From: Promethearchaeota archaeon | GTDB lineage: Archaea > Asgardarchaeota > Thorarchaeia > Thorarchaeales > Thorarchaeaceae | Direction: 5' to 3' | NCBI GenBank assembly: GCA_014728035.1 | Contig: WJMJ01000062.1 | Coordinates: 23,558-87,557 of the forward strand | Length of the DNA: 64,000 nucleotides | Shown: piece after piece, positions 49,446 through 59,964 of the stretch | Numbering within the stretch: the stretch's first letter is position 1 | Layout: every line of letters starts with the position of its first letter | Translations under genes and position numbers: made by a program | Notes under the pieces: model-generated | Told to the model about the DNA's origin: nothing | The model's input: only the letters and a program-made list of their open reading frames with translations | Databases searched by the model: none

Positions 49446-51510
49446 GATAATGCAAAAAGAAAGAAGGAAAAACAGACTGGGTCTTCGTGCAAGAAGGTAT
49501 CTAACATTATTACCTATCATATTACTGTTGACGGTACCAATATTCAGTACAACAATAACAAGTGAACAGTACTCAATAGATATAGTAACCGAATCAAAAG
49601 GGACACACGCAGCTTCTGGGCCCCCAACATACACCAACCTATCAGAGTATTGTGAAAATATTTGGAACACTACTTCTGAAGATAGAATTTCGAACTATAC
49701 TAAAACCCTTTCTGAAGATTATCCTGAACGAAGGTGGGATAGTACTAGTTCAACACCAACCACTCCGCTTTCAAATGCAATCATATGGGTGAACACAACA
49801 ATTCAAGCAATTACAGATGGAAACCTTGCTTTCAATAGAGAGGTAGATGAGAGATTCATCTATGCAAAACAAGATGGAATTGGAGCTGACAACGAACCTG
49901 CAATAGTCATATCGGGGATACTAGACTCAGAGGATTACCCTGGTGCAAATAGTGTTGGAATTAGTGTTGCAATGGTCTTGGAAATGATAGACATTCTCAG
50001 TGAATACTCATTATCATTCGACATATACTATGTTCTATCACTTGCGGGACGGTACAATTCACATATAGACTATGGTAGTCGTGATTTCGTTGGATGGGTT
50101 CTTGAAAATGACATTGGAATCTATACCACACTCTCATTTGACAAAATGCTATTCACTAGAACAGGTTTCATAAATCACAATAAAATAGCTATCCGGACCA
50201 TCTCTTCAGCATTATATCACGATAGGTTGCTGATTCCAGATCTATTACTTCAAACATCTAAACAGTTTGGCTCTGACATGTTTCTATTGCAAACAGATAA
50301 CGAGAAAGCTGACAGGTCCACTGCTTCTGAGATGTGGAGAGTTGGATTAGCAGGAATACACTTGGCCCAAGGATATTATCCGGATCCGAACAGTGATTCC
50401 GAAACTGATGTCTGGAATAATGACGATTATAATTATGACAAAGCAGTTGAAGCTATTTCAACAAGTGCGTCAGTTGTAATTCATCTGGGGCTTATGGATG
50501 GAAATCATGCAGCAACATATTACGATAAACAGACCATCGAAATAAGCTCAGGTATTGGTTTCTATTTCACAGTCAGTGGAAAAGAGTTCATCAATGTTTC
50601 TATATCATGGCAGCAGGGAACCGAGTTAAGGGGACGTATTGAGAATCTTGGCTCTAGCACAACTGTATACGAACGTATTGAAAACGATTCACTAATAGTC
50701 ATGAAATACAAAGCGACCAGCTTAGGCTCATACCGCATATTACTGAACAATCTAGGTTCTGTTACTGCAGAAGTTAGTTTGAACATCACCTGCCTTGAAG
50801 ATTTTGATGGGGATTCGCTCCATGGAGGAGAGGAAACTGAAATTGGAACCTCAGTTTATCAACGAGACACTGATTCTGATAACGTCAATGATAATGTGGA
50901 AGTTCAGATGGGAACATCTCCCTTGCTCCAAGATTCTGACCAAGATGGTGCAACCGATAACCAAGAGATAGAATATGGTAGCAATCCGCTTCTGAATGAC
51001 TCTGATGGTGACCAACTTTCAGATGGATTCGAAATAGCGAGAAACATGGATCCTACCGACATAGATACAGACGATGATGAACTTGGGGATTACGATGAGA
51101 TATACCTGTATTTCACGGACCCAACCAGTGAAGATTCTGACTTTGACGGGCTGGAAGATGGTTTTGAGATCAATGCAGGATTGGATCCACTTTCACCAGA
51201 TTCAGACCAGGACTCGTTAGGAGACCTCTTTGAAATTCTCAATCAACTCAACGCAACCAATAAGGATACCGATGGGGATGGTTGGTCAGATGCATATGAA
51301 GTGGAATTTTGCCTGTCACCTACAAATCCAGATACCGATGGAGATGGCATTCCTGATGGATTGGATTGGGATCCTCGTGACCACTGGATAAACGTGATAG
51401 CCCCTATCGCATTATTTGCAATTCTTATCCTTACTGGTATTTTTGGATTTCTAAAACTTAGATTATACAAAAGACTTGATGCGGAAGAAGCAAGAGAAGC
51501 CACTGCTTGA
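49438..51510 (+). CDS. Paralogous cell-surface protein with the same architecture
   Basis: ISGILDS...PGAN, DxDxDG repeats, DWDPRDHWIN shared with upstream paralogue, TM. Confidence 0.8.
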   Translation: MCRIMQKERRKNRLGLRARRYLTLLPIILLLTVPIFSTTITSEQYSIDIVTESKGTHAASGPPTYTNLSEYCENIWNTTSEDRISNYTKTLSEDYPERRWDSTSSTPTTPLSNAIIWVNTTIQAITDGNLAFNREVDERFIYAKQDGIGADNEPAIVISGILDSEDYPGANSVGISVAMVLEMIDILSEYSLSFDIYYVLSLAGRYNSHIDYGSRDFVGWVLENDIGIYTTLSFDKMLFTRTGFINHNKIAIRTISSALYHDRLLIPDLLLQTSKQFGSDMFLLQTDNEKADRSTASEMWRVGLAGIHLAQGYYPDPNSDSETDVWNNDDYNYDKAVEAISTSASVVIHLGLMDGNHAATYYDKQTIEISSGIGFYFTVSGKEFINVSISWQQGTELRGRIENLGSSTTVYERIENDSLIVMKYKATSLGSYRILLNNLGSVTAEVSLNITCLEDFDGDSLHGGEETEIGTSVYQRDTDSDNVNDNVEVQMGTSPLLQDSDQDGATDNQEIEYGSNPLLNDSDGDQLSDGFEIARNMDPTDIDTDDDELGDYDEIYLYFTDPTSEDSDFDGLEDGFEINAGLDPLSPDSDQDSLGDLFEILNQLNATNKDTDGDGWSDAYEVEFCLSPTNPDTDGDGIPDGLDWDPRDHWINVIAPIALFAILILTGIFGFLKLRLYKRLDAEEAREATA

Positions 51511-51674
51511 ACGGTGGCAATTTTCCTTTTTTAGGTAGAGCGGCTCAGATACCCCTAAAGGCCGTTCATTTGTTCCAATCACTTAAAGGTAGTTCATCAT
51601 CACCGCGAGTAATATTCTAGTACAAAGCTACTTTAGATTTCCCAAATATACGGTCTATCACAATACTAATTTCT

Positions 51675-52526
51675 TTGAATTTCAGTGTTAGTCTGATGAG
51701 GTCAATTTCGGTAACTGATTTCTCGTTAAAGGACACATTAGAATGTGGGCAGACATTCTGTTGGATAAATGAAGGAGAAGGGTATGTCAATGCAGACATA
51801 GGACAAGTAGTCTATGTGGAGCAGAAAGGGAATCAATTAGTCTATGAATCTTCGTCATCAAAAGTGGATATTGAAGAGATTCTAGGGCTTAAAGATCCTA
51901 TCGATTCCATCAAACAAGAGGTCAATAAGGATGGCCTGATGAAGCAGAGTATAGATTACATGCCAGGTCTTAGAGTAGTGCGAGACCCTTTCTTTCCCTG
52001 TCTTATTTCATTTCTTTGCTCAATCAGAAAGAACATTCCCACAATACGTCAACTTGTACAATCAATTCGAGCAAAATATGGTACGAAGACTACATTTCGA
52101 AACAAGCAATACTACAGTATGCCTACACCCAGTCAACTGGACGGAATTTCCGCAAAAGAACTTAGGACTCTTGGTCTTGGATGGCGTGCCAAATTCATAG
52201 AGGAAAGTACCAAGTTGGTAGCAAGGGGCTCGATAGAACCAAAGTGTTTACAGAAATTGGAATATGAACAAGCTCACGAACAACTGAAAACCCTTCATGG
52301 TGTTGGAGATAAAGTAGCTGATTGTGTCAGTCTTTTTTCTTTGGGTTTTCTAGAAGCTTTCCCTATTGATGTCTGGATAGAAAGGATAATCCAAGAACAC
52401 TATGATATTTTTACTTCAACTGGAAAATCGTACAAGAAGAAATCACAAGCTGCAAGAGCATACTTTGGAAGATATGCAGGTTATGCACAACAATATCTCT
52501 TTCATTTTATGAGAACAAGATGTTAG
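51675..52526 (+). CDS. 8-oxoguanine DNA glycosylase (Ogg1-type, OGG_N + HhH-GPD)
   Basis: TLECGQTF, LHGVGDKVADC, FPIDVWI, YAGYAQQYLF. Confidence 0.9.
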   Translation: MNFSVSLMRSISVTDFSLKDTLECGQTFCWINEGEGYVNADIGQVVYVEQKGNQLVYESSSSKVDIEEILGLKDPIDSIKQEVNKDGLMKQSIDYMPGLRVVRDPFFPCLISFLCSIRKNIPTIRQLVQSIRAKYGTKTTFRNKQYYSMPTPSQLDGISAKELRTLGLGWRAKFIEESTKLVARGSIEPKCLQKLEYEQAHEQLKTLHGVGDKVADCVSLFSLGFLEAFPIDVWIERIIQEHYDIFTSTGKSYKKKSQAARAYFGRYAGYAQQYLFHFMRTRC

Positions 52527-52532
52527 ATGAGC

Positions 52533-53657
52533 TTACTTCAATGTCTGTTTTCTCTTTTTCTTTCGGGAATACCAAGAATGATCATCAATATTCTTCGATT
52601 GTTCCCATGCACGGGTATTATAGAATTCTAATGGGTGAAGTACATATTCACAAAGGGCATCCCAAGCAGCTCCAAGATACACGGGACATAAGCTATTGAC
52701 CTGCAACTTTTTGCAACTAGGAGGATTATAACCTTCACCTGCGGACTTGGAAGATATATGACGGACTTGATATTCTGCCAAACTGCGCACATAATCAGGT
52801 GCAGCTTTGAATACACCCATGACATCCTGCTCAGACATCCCAATCCGTAAAAGAAAAGCTGCCAAAGCAAATCGCGCATCATGGGCTAAATTTTTTCCTG
52901 CGGTTGATTCTTTATACATAATAGAAATGCAAGGAGGGAAGGCATGGGTTGACTCTTTTTTATATTCAATAGGCTGGGTACTCTTCAATTTTCCAGCTAA
53001 TTCAGCATCTATTGATTGAACAATCTCAGTTAGTCGAGTAGGTAGAGTGGGAACTTCGTAAGAGCCTGTAAGAATCAAATCGCTGAACTTTCCAGATATG
53101 AGACGCTCTAACTCACGTTTTGCAACATAAACCATTCCTTTGTCCATATGTCGGTTTACGAGCTTCCATTTATCTACATGGAATTTAGGAGCAACCTCCA
53201 GAAAGTTCTCAAAAGCTATTTTAAACTCGAAAGGTTGAAGAATTGGAGAGAGATCACTCCTATCAAGAATCTTCCCTTGATATTCAAGTTTCCAACCAAA
53301 AGATGATTCTGCAAGATATTGAACAATATCAGAGCTTTCTCGAGATAAGTACTTCTGGACAGCTTTAGACTCAGCAACTGCTTGATAGGACCGTAATCGT
53401 GCATTGCCGATCTTCTCAACAATTAAACGAGCTGTAGGATAAATTAGTACATCCCGTTCATCATTTGTATTAACTAATCGAATCGACTGCTGGTCTAATG
53501 CTTTTACTACTCGTTCTCCAGCTTCTTCTACAATGTATCGATTCTCGCTCTCACCAAGAAATTTTGAAAGGCGACGAAAATCTCGTGCAATTGTTTGAGA
53601 TTTACGACGAGCCTCAACAGAAAACGGATATTGAAGCATCTGAATACGAGTAAGCAT
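52533..53657 (-). CDS. priL: DNA primase large subunit
   Basis: YPF, WKLVNR, FPPC, H.ARF, YQVRHI, PSC...C FeS domain. Confidence 0.92.
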   Translation of the reverse strand: MLTRIQMLQYPFSVEARRKSQTIARDFRRLSKFLGESENRYIVEEAGERVVKALDQQSIRLVNTNDERDVLIYPTARLIVEKIGNARLRSYQAVAESKAVQKYLSRESSDIVQYLAESSFGWKLEYQGKILDRSDLSPILQPFEFKIAFENFLEVAPKFHVDKWKLVNRHMDKGMVYVAKRELERLISGKFSDLILTGSYEVPTLPTRLTEIVQSIDAELAGKLKSTQPIEYKKESTHAFPPCISIMYKESTAGKNLAHDARFALAAFLLRIGMSEQDVMGVFKAAPDYVRSLAEYQVRHISSKSAGEGYNPPSCKKLQVNSLCPVYLGAAWDALCEYVLHPLEFYNTRAWEQSKNIDDHSWYSRKKKRKQTLK

Positions 53658-53676
53658 AAGACACCCTCGATGTTAA

Positions 53677-53892
53677 TCAATAAAATAGAGGTTTGTAATC
53701 GTCATAACCTTTATCGTAGAACTTACTTCCACACGATCCACATTTGAATATTTGAATTCCTCTCCTCATAGCCCATCTCTCTAGAACTCTTTGAACTCTT
53801 TCACTACCACATTTGGGGCATTTCACATCATCATCGTCATATGCCCATGGTGAATCATATCGGTTTCGTGGCAAATAATCACCTATCCTCAT
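53677..53892 (-). CDS. Small Zn-ribbon protein
   Basis: CPKC...CGSC. Confidence 0.7.
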   Translation of the reverse strand: MRIGDYLPRNRYDSPWAYDDDDVKCPKCGSERVQRVLERWAMRRGIQIFKCGSCGSKFYDKGYDDYKPLFY

Positions 53893-54545
53893 CCTTTCTT
53901 AATACCAAAGACAATCGCTCGTATAGGGTCTAGTTTAATTGATGTGATCGGAGAGAATCCAACAGCATCAAGAATATCTTCCAAGTCATTAATTGAATGT
54001 TTACACATATGGGGATATCGCTTTCGTGCTTTTTCGGCAGACATATGACCATCGGACATGATTCGGATAAATTCCTCACGATCTCCAGAAATAAAATCGA
54101 AAACTGCATAACCCCCAGCAGTCTTGATAGTTCCATATACCTGTGAAGCGAAATCAAGAGGTTTCTTGACCTCATGCATCATGTATCCCGAAAAACCAAA
54201 AGATATGGAATCAGAGGGCAAAGATATCCGTTTGATGTCAAAATCAATTTCAATTATATCAACCTGTACGTTTGTTAAGTCTGCAAGAGCTATGTTCTTA
54301 GCGTAAGCTAACATCTCAGTGCTTGCATCCATACCAATTACTTTTGTAGCACCTAATTTTTGCACTGCATCTTGTAAGAATAGTCCTGGACCACAACCAA
54401 AATCACAGACTGTGTTGATTTCTATAGGCGTAACCAATTTTGTAAGTTCTTCCCAAAAACCCTCACCGTATCGTTGCTGGTATGAAGTTGCTATACTTCT
54501 AACTCGTTCGGAATCACTCCAGTCCGCTTTTGCTAAATCAGACAC
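53889..54545 (-). CDS. Class I SAM-dependent methyltransferase
   Basis: DFGCGPG, GMDAS.EM. Confidence 0.9.
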   Translation of the reverse strand: MSDLAKADWSDSERVRSIATSYQQRYGEGFWEELTKLVTPIEINTVCDFGCGPGLFLQDAVQKLGATKVIGMDASTEMLAYAKNIALADLTNVQVDIIEIDFDIKRISLPSDSISFGFSGYMMHEVKKPLDFASQVYGTIKTAGGYAVFDFISGDREEFIRIMSDGHMSAEKARKRYPHMCKHSINDLEDILDAVGFSPITSIKLDPIRAIVFGIKKG

Positions 54546-54546
54546 A

Positions 54547-55095
54547 TTAGTGCCGTCCTAAAATGTAATCCGATCGTAGTATTAGACTCATGAATTCATG
54601 AAGACTTTGACGTAAGATTTCTGGATCGCTATATAATTTCTTTAGAGCTACTTTTCGATCCTCTAGAGACGGATTGTTCTTCTCGTTAATTAGTTTATAC
54701 ACAGTGTTTGGACGTTCTGCCCATCTACAGAGTTCTTCCAAATCTTCGTTGAGAAAAAGAACTACGGGAGTTTTTCGTTTGCCATTCACTCGAAAGTTCT
54801 GATGGAAGCGAGCATATTTATCACTATCAAGAATTCGTAATTCCACTTTTGGTGAGATAGAAACCATTCTTGCAAGCACAGGTAAATTACCAGCTGTGTC
54901 ATTACAACGGTCAGTGCCAATAACCAAGATATTAATCCTATTCTGAATGGTCCTAAGTGTTTCTTGTTCCTGTTCATTGAGCAGGAGATCGTTAAATCTG
55001 GCCTTCATAAGCTCGATATTTTCACGAGCTGTATCCAGAAATTTCTCGTATGTAATAGCTTCATTGTACTCTGTAATTTCAGACATGCGTACCAC
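54547..55095 (-). CDS. Thioredoxin-fold protein (Thioredoxin_9-like, single Cys)
   Basis: DRCND (CxxD-type), NGKRKTP, WAERP. Confidence 0.75.
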   Translation of the reverse strand: MVRMSEITEYNEAITYEKFLDTARENIELMKARFNDLLLNEQEQETLRTIQNRINILVIGTDRCNDTAGNLPVLARMVSISPKVELRILDSDKYARFHQNFRVNGKRKTPVVLFLNEDLEELCRWAERPNTVYKLINEKNNPSLEDRKVALKKLYSDPEILRQSLHEFMSLILRSDYILGRH

Positions 55096-55229
55096 TTCAA
55101 TATTCAGAGAATTCGCTGTGGGTACAGCACCTTGATGAATGGATTAATTGGATAAAAGACTTATCGGTCAAGTAGAATTTTCACCAATTCAGTATATATT
55201 AACAATTTTTCGAATATCGTCATGTCTAT

Positions 55230-55940
55230 ATGATATTTCCCCACCATAGTCATATGCCTACGTTGTCCTATGAGCAAATTGTTAGAGACCTGAGAAAATG
55301 TAGTTCAACAGAAAAAGCTAAACATATGGCAAAGTACCTAAAAACAAGTGACCTAGAATTTTATGGTCTCAAATTACCAGATATTCATAAAATTACAAAA
55401 AGTTATGCCAAAAATATGGATATTGATGAGCTAAGACATAATATGATTCGTTTGTGGGAGTTGCCAATTTTTGAAACCAGACGAGCCGCTATCAATTTCA
55501 TGACCAAATTTGCAAGAAAGGGAAATGTAGAGGTAGCAATCAGAATTGCTTCCACATGGATAGAAGATATAGACACCTGGGCACTTGTGGATCCGCTCTG
55601 TTCACCTTGTATAGGAATTATGTTGCTCAGGAATTGGAATTTAACGAGAACCTTAGAAAGTTGGCATAATAGTCCAAATTACTGGAGAAGAAGAGCATCA
55701 TTTTTGCCATACCTCTATCTTGCTCTGAAGAAAGCCTACAAGCCAGAGTACACAGAAATCATACTAGGTGCAGTACTTCCTCATATCTCAGATGAGGAGT
55801 TTTTCGTTGGAAAAGCAGTAGGATGGGTCTTACGTGAATTGAGCAAAAGAAATCCTGATGCGGTTCGCCAATTCATTAGAGAATACAAGAACAAAATGAC
55901 GAAGCTTGTAATAAGAGAAGGCTCAAAGAAACTAGAATAG
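55230..55940 (+). CDS. DNA alkylation repair protein (AlkD-like HEAT repeats)
   Basis: DTWALVD, YWRRR, FFVGKAVGWVLRE. Confidence 0.88.
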   Translation: MIFPHHSHMPTLSYEQIVRDLRKCSSTEKAKHMAKYLKTSDLEFYGLKLPDIHKITKSYAKNMDIDELRHNMIRLWELPIFETRRAAINFMTKFARKGNVEVAIRIASTWIEDIDTWALVDPLCSPCIGIMLLRNWNLTRTLESWHNSPNYWRRRASFLPYLYLALKKAYKPEYTEIILGAVLPHISDEEFFVGKAVGWVLRELSKRNPDAVRQFIREYKNKMTKLVIREGSKKLE

Positions 55941-55987
55941 TTTCGGCAATCTGTTTTATTTTTATTTCCCTTCTGGATGTATGTGAT

Positions 55988-56332
55988 ATGACTCATGATT
56001 TGACCGCATATTGTGGAATCGATTGCCAGGAGTGTCCAGCATATGTTGCAAAACGAAATGACGATAATTACTTGCGAGAAAAAACTGCAAAAGAGTGGTC
56101 ATCGGATGAATGGTCTGTCAAACCAGAGGAATTAAACTGTGATGGCTGTAAATCTGATGGCGAATTATTTAGACATTGTAGTGTATGTGAAGTGCGTTCT
56201 TGTGCAAGTGGTAAAAGAGTTCAAACCTGCGCTCATTGTGATGGATACATCTGTGACAAATTAGAATCACTTATGACAATCTTGGGAGCAGAGGCAAAGA
56301 CCAGACTAGAAAGTATGCGACCTGTTAGATAG
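55988..56332 (+). CDS. DUF3795 Cys-rich protein
   Basis: CGIDCQECP, CDGC, C.VC.VR.C, CAHC..Y.C. Confidence 0.88.
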   Translation: MTHDLTAYCGIDCQECPAYVAKRNDDNYLREKTAKEWSSDEWSVKPEELNCDGCKSDGELFRHCSVCEVRSCASGKRVQTCAHCDGYICDKLESLMTILGAEAKTRLESMRPVR

Positions 56333-56350
56333 AAAGGGGAAAATAACACG

Positions 56351-57478
56351 ATGCGACGCGGAGGAGTAGCAGACCTAAAACTGCATCCGGGAAAAGCACC
56401 ACACTGGTTAGTTAAAAGAATGATTCCTATGGCCAGTGCCGTCTGTGAGTTTATTGTGGACGAATATGGACCCGAAGTACTACTTGAAAGACTATCAGAT
56501 CCAGTATGGTTTCAAGCTCTCTCTAATGCATTGGGATATGACTGGGACTCATCAGGGTCGACAACAGTGACATGTGGGGTACTAAAAACCGCTCTTACTT
56601 TCGAAAAGCATAGAATAGTAGGAGTTGGAGGGAAAGGCCTCATTTCGAGAAAAGTTCCAGATAGACTAATAGCACTCGAAGATTTTGGTTTGGATGGTAC
56701 AAGATTAGCGTCAGTAAGTAGATCTGTTGCGAAGGTCGATAATGCTGCTATTCAGGACGGTTATCAGCTGTATCAACATGTATTCTTTGTTGACGAAGAA
56801 GAAAATTGGACAGTTGTTCAACAAGGAATGGATCAAATCTCAAATGATGCAAGACGATATCATTGGACATCTATGGGATTCAAAGAATACATAGAAGAAC
56901 CCCATTCTGGAATGATATCAGGACAGGTCAAAAGGTCAACTTTAGACCTCACAGCAAAGATTTCAGATGATTGTAGAAAAACAACTTTAGACATCGTGAA
57001 AGAAAAACCCATACGCATCCGACGGATGTTCGAAGATATCAAGCCTTATGGAGAAACCTCACTCATTCCATGGCTTGAAGGATTTGAATCCCACACAAAA
57101 CTGCCGTCCTACAAAGTAGTTCCTAGAAGAATGGAATGGAGAGCTGTAAGAAAAGCATATGAGATTCAACCTTCTAACTATGAGGAACTTCTGTTTATCC
57201 AAGGCATGGGTCCCGCTACCATACGAGGGTTATCTTTGATATCCGAGCTGATTTACGGAACGAGTCCGTCATGGGTAGATCCAGTCAGAATGTGTTTTGC
57301 CTTTGGAGGAAAGGACGGGGTTCCTTTTCCAGTCCCGAGAAAAGCATACGATAACGCAATTCAATTCATGGAAGAAGCGATACATGAGGCAAAAATTGGT
57401 AGACGAGAGAAAATTAGTGGATTAAAGAGGCTTAAAAAAATCAGCCCGCCAATAATTCATAGTCCACCAGATCAATAA
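56351..57478 (+). CDS. DUF763 family protein
   Basis: LSDPVWFQ, DWDSSGSTT, QDGYQLY, FAFGGKDGVPFPV. Confidence 0.9.
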   Translation: MRRGGVADLKLHPGKAPHWLVKRMIPMASAVCEFIVDEYGPEVLLERLSDPVWFQALSNALGYDWDSSGSTTVTCGVLKTALTFEKHRIVGVGGKGLISRKVPDRLIALEDFGLDGTRLASVSRSVAKVDNAAIQDGYQLYQHVFFVDEEENWTVVQQGMDQISNDARRYHWTSMGFKEYIEEPHSGMISGQVKRSTLDLTAKISDDCRKTTLDIVKEKPIRIRRMFEDIKPYGETSLIPWLEGFESHTKLPSYKVVPRRMEWRAVRKAYEIQPSNYEELLFIQGMGPATIRGLSLISELIYGTSPSWVDPVRMCFAFGGKDGVPFPVPRKAYDNAIQFMEEAIHEAKIGRREKISGLKRLKKISPPIIHSPPDQ

Positions 57479-57479
57479 C

Positions 57480-58937
57480 TTACGTTTCCTTTTGATCACC
57501 TGAGTCAGTTACAGATTTCTCTTCGCTATCTAAAGATGCCAAAGGTTCCGAATCCGGACCATATTCACGTTCCAACTCTTCAACACTTACTCGTGGTTCA
57601 ATACTCTTAGTGATAAGAATACCAAGAATAAAGATATTCAAAATGATAACTACATACAGCAGAGGTAACCCTTCCCAAAGTGTGTAAATGTATCCTGCAG
57701 GAATAGGACCAAAGGAAATGAATGCCAGTACTATAACCTGCGTGAGACTAAGCATTTTTCCTAAATCGGGACGGGGAAGTGATTTGAGGATATAGGTTCC
57801 TAAAACAGAGAACCAGAGAATATCATTAGTTCTCTTTATTGCAGTGGCTAGAAAAGCAAGAGAGAAGATGACCCGAAAACCAGGATAAATTTGGTCTGCT
57901 GCTTGTAGCCATTCAATTGGTGCAATGTAGGGGACTGTCTGAGCAATAACAAGAAGGAATACTGCAAAAGGCATGATTGAATAAACCGCAATTGTGAGCT
58001 TTCGACCACCCTGTTTATCAAAGACTCGACCAAGAACAAGTGTCAATGGTACTGAAAAGACAAGAGTGATGAGTTGCATAAGGTTGATTTCAGGAATGCC
58101 AAAGTCAAGGGTCTCGTTAACATAATAGAGACTTGCGAAATTATAGAAACTGTCACTGAATGCATCAAGTGCAATAATACCTACAAAAATCGGAAAGACA
58201 CGCATCAGCAACTTGAGACCTCGAACGTTTTCTCTGAAAAAATCACTAATGCCCACATCACGTTTTTGACCCTTTGTTTGAACAGGAAGGGATTCTAGAA
58301 CAGTGGCCCGGATTAGTGCTGAAATCCAGTAGAGAACTGCGGCAGCCAATAACATGTACCGCATTATCTCAACAAAACCTACTCCAACTCCTAACATCAG
58401 GGTTATCACAAAAAGAGGAACCAGCCCAAAAGTTGTTCCAAGAGTAAAAAGGCTATTTGCAACGCCTCCGAATTTTCTATCAACCTGTTGCATTGAATAT
58501 GCTTGTCCTGCTGCTCCTGTAAAAGAGGACAATCCCGCAATAATCATAGCGAAAGTGATAAGCAAGAGATTTGCACCATCTACAAAAGCCAAACCGAAGA
58601 AGGAGATACCATTTACCACCATTGTGATTACAGATAACTTTCTGCGATCAAAATTGTCAGCGAGATATCCTGCTGCAAAAGACCCCACCACATTGACAGC
58701 AAACATCAATGAGATGAACACACCAACCATAAAATAAGTCACACCAATATCTCGAAAATAGAGTGTGAAATACTGTTGTAGCACCGACATACTACTGTAA
58801 ATCCATACTGTAAGTAGATATATTGTCCAATTCCGATTACTTGTAACATGTTTTACGGATTCGAACCACGAGAGATTAGTTGGATCTTTGGATGAGGATG
58901 TTTCAGGTTCCTTTGTAGTGGTTGGTTTTTTTTCCAT
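57480..58937 (-). CDS. MFS transporter
   Basis: About 12 TM; GYLADNFDRR and GRVFDKQGGR motifs. Confidence 0.9.
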   Translation of the reverse strand: MEKKPTTTKEPETSSSKDPTNLSWFESVKHVTSNRNWTIYLLTVWIYSSMSVLQQYFTLYFRDIGVTYFMVGVFISLMFAVNVVGSFAAGYLADNFDRRKLSVITMVVNGISFFGLAFVDGANLLLITFAMIIAGLSSFTGAAGQAYSMQQVDRKFGGVANSLFTLGTTFGLVPLFVITLMLGVGVGFVEIMRYMLLAAAVLYWISALIRATVLESLPVQTKGQKRDVGISDFFRENVRGLKLLMRVFPIFVGIIALDAFSDSFYNFASLYYVNETLDFGIPEINLMQLITLVFSVPLTLVLGRVFDKQGGRKLTIAVYSIMPFAVFLLVIAQTVPYIAPIEWLQAADQIYPGFRVIFSLAFLATAIKRTNDILWFSVLGTYILKSLPRPDLGKMLSLTQVIVLAFISFGPIPAGYIYTLWEGLPLLYVVIILNIFILGILITKSIEPRVSVEELEREYGPDSEPLASLDSEEKSVTDSGDQKET

Positions 58938-59010
58938 GCTCTATTACTCTCAGAATCAAATGTGATTTCGCAATACATCTTAGCTGTCAATTAACCTTCC
59001 GAAAATGGCA

Positions 59011-59886
59011 TTAATCGGAGGGCATCCTACTTGCTGCTATTCTTTCCTTTTCAGAAATCGACGAACCAACCACATCAATTCGTCCAATAGCTCGGAGTCT
59101 TACTAGGGCGTGCGGATAGGGATCAAGGTATTCTTCTTCAACGTTTTCTTTTATTGAGGGATGAATATCGGACAGGCGTTGATAGATTGCATTTTTTTCT
59201 ACCTCTGGAGTGAACCGTGGATCTATTACTACAGCTACATGAAATGAAACTCCAGCGTTCCACAGAGATTCTACTGCTTCAAATGGCAGATCCATAAATT
59301 CTGATGCACATCCAGTTTTTGCTGTAAATTCTTCTGGGAGGCCTCCACGGATAGATATTCGAACATGACCTACAGTATCATCATCTCTTGATGCATATTT
59401 TGACAGTCGCTCAGCTAGTTCGGGTTCTTGAGAGAGAACAAATCCATTTGTTTCGATGACAAAAAGGTCAAATTCATGACGGTCACGATGAACTTGCTCA
59501 AGTACTTCACACAAATGATCCGAACATAATGTAGGTTCGGCCCCACTAATCCTTGCTCTCTTGAAACCACGTTCTTTCATAATGTTACGAAGTTTGCTAT
59601 AGACTTGTTGAGGTGTGTAGAATTCCCCATATCGTTCTGGCCAATCTCGGCTCCAATCGACCCAACAGAATATGCATCGAATATTACAACCTACTGAGTA
59701 AGCTGTAGCAATACCACCATAGACTCCAACACCGTAAAAACTAGTATACTTTCGTAAAGGAATTCCATCCACTGTCTTGCAGACCAGCTCACGAGTCTTT
59801 TGGGTGAGCTCGATGGGATCTATTGGAAATGGTGGTAAAAACTCACCATTAGGGCCTCTTGTAGCAAATCGTATATGATTGGACAT
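59011..59886 (-). CDS. Radical SAM protein (uncharacterised archaeal family)
   Basis: GCNIRCIFCW, RISGAEP, ETNG. Confidence 0.88.
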   Translation of the reverse strand: MSNHIRFATRGPNGEFLPPFPIDPIELTQKTRELVCKTVDGIPLRKYTSFYGVGVYGGIATAYSVGCNIRCIFCWVDWSRDWPERYGEFYTPQQVYSKLRNIMKERGFKRARISGAEPTLCSDHLCEVLEQVHRDRHEFDLFVIETNGFVLSQEPELAERLSKYASRDDDTVGHVRISIRGGLPEEFTAKTGCASEFMDLPFEAVESLWNAGVSFHVAVVIDPRFTPEVEKNAIYQRLSDIHPSIKENVEEEYLDPYPHALVRLRAIGRIDVVGSSISEKERIAASRMPSD

Positions 59887-59964
59887 GATATAGTATACAA
59901 GCTTGAAACCGCTTCAACCTTCCTACAACCGAATAGTACAATTATGATGATTGCATCAATAAAT

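Noticed and set aside
48770-51380. Asp-rich repeats as DNA-level tandem repeats
   Set aside because: These are protein-level TSP3-like repeats with diverged codons.
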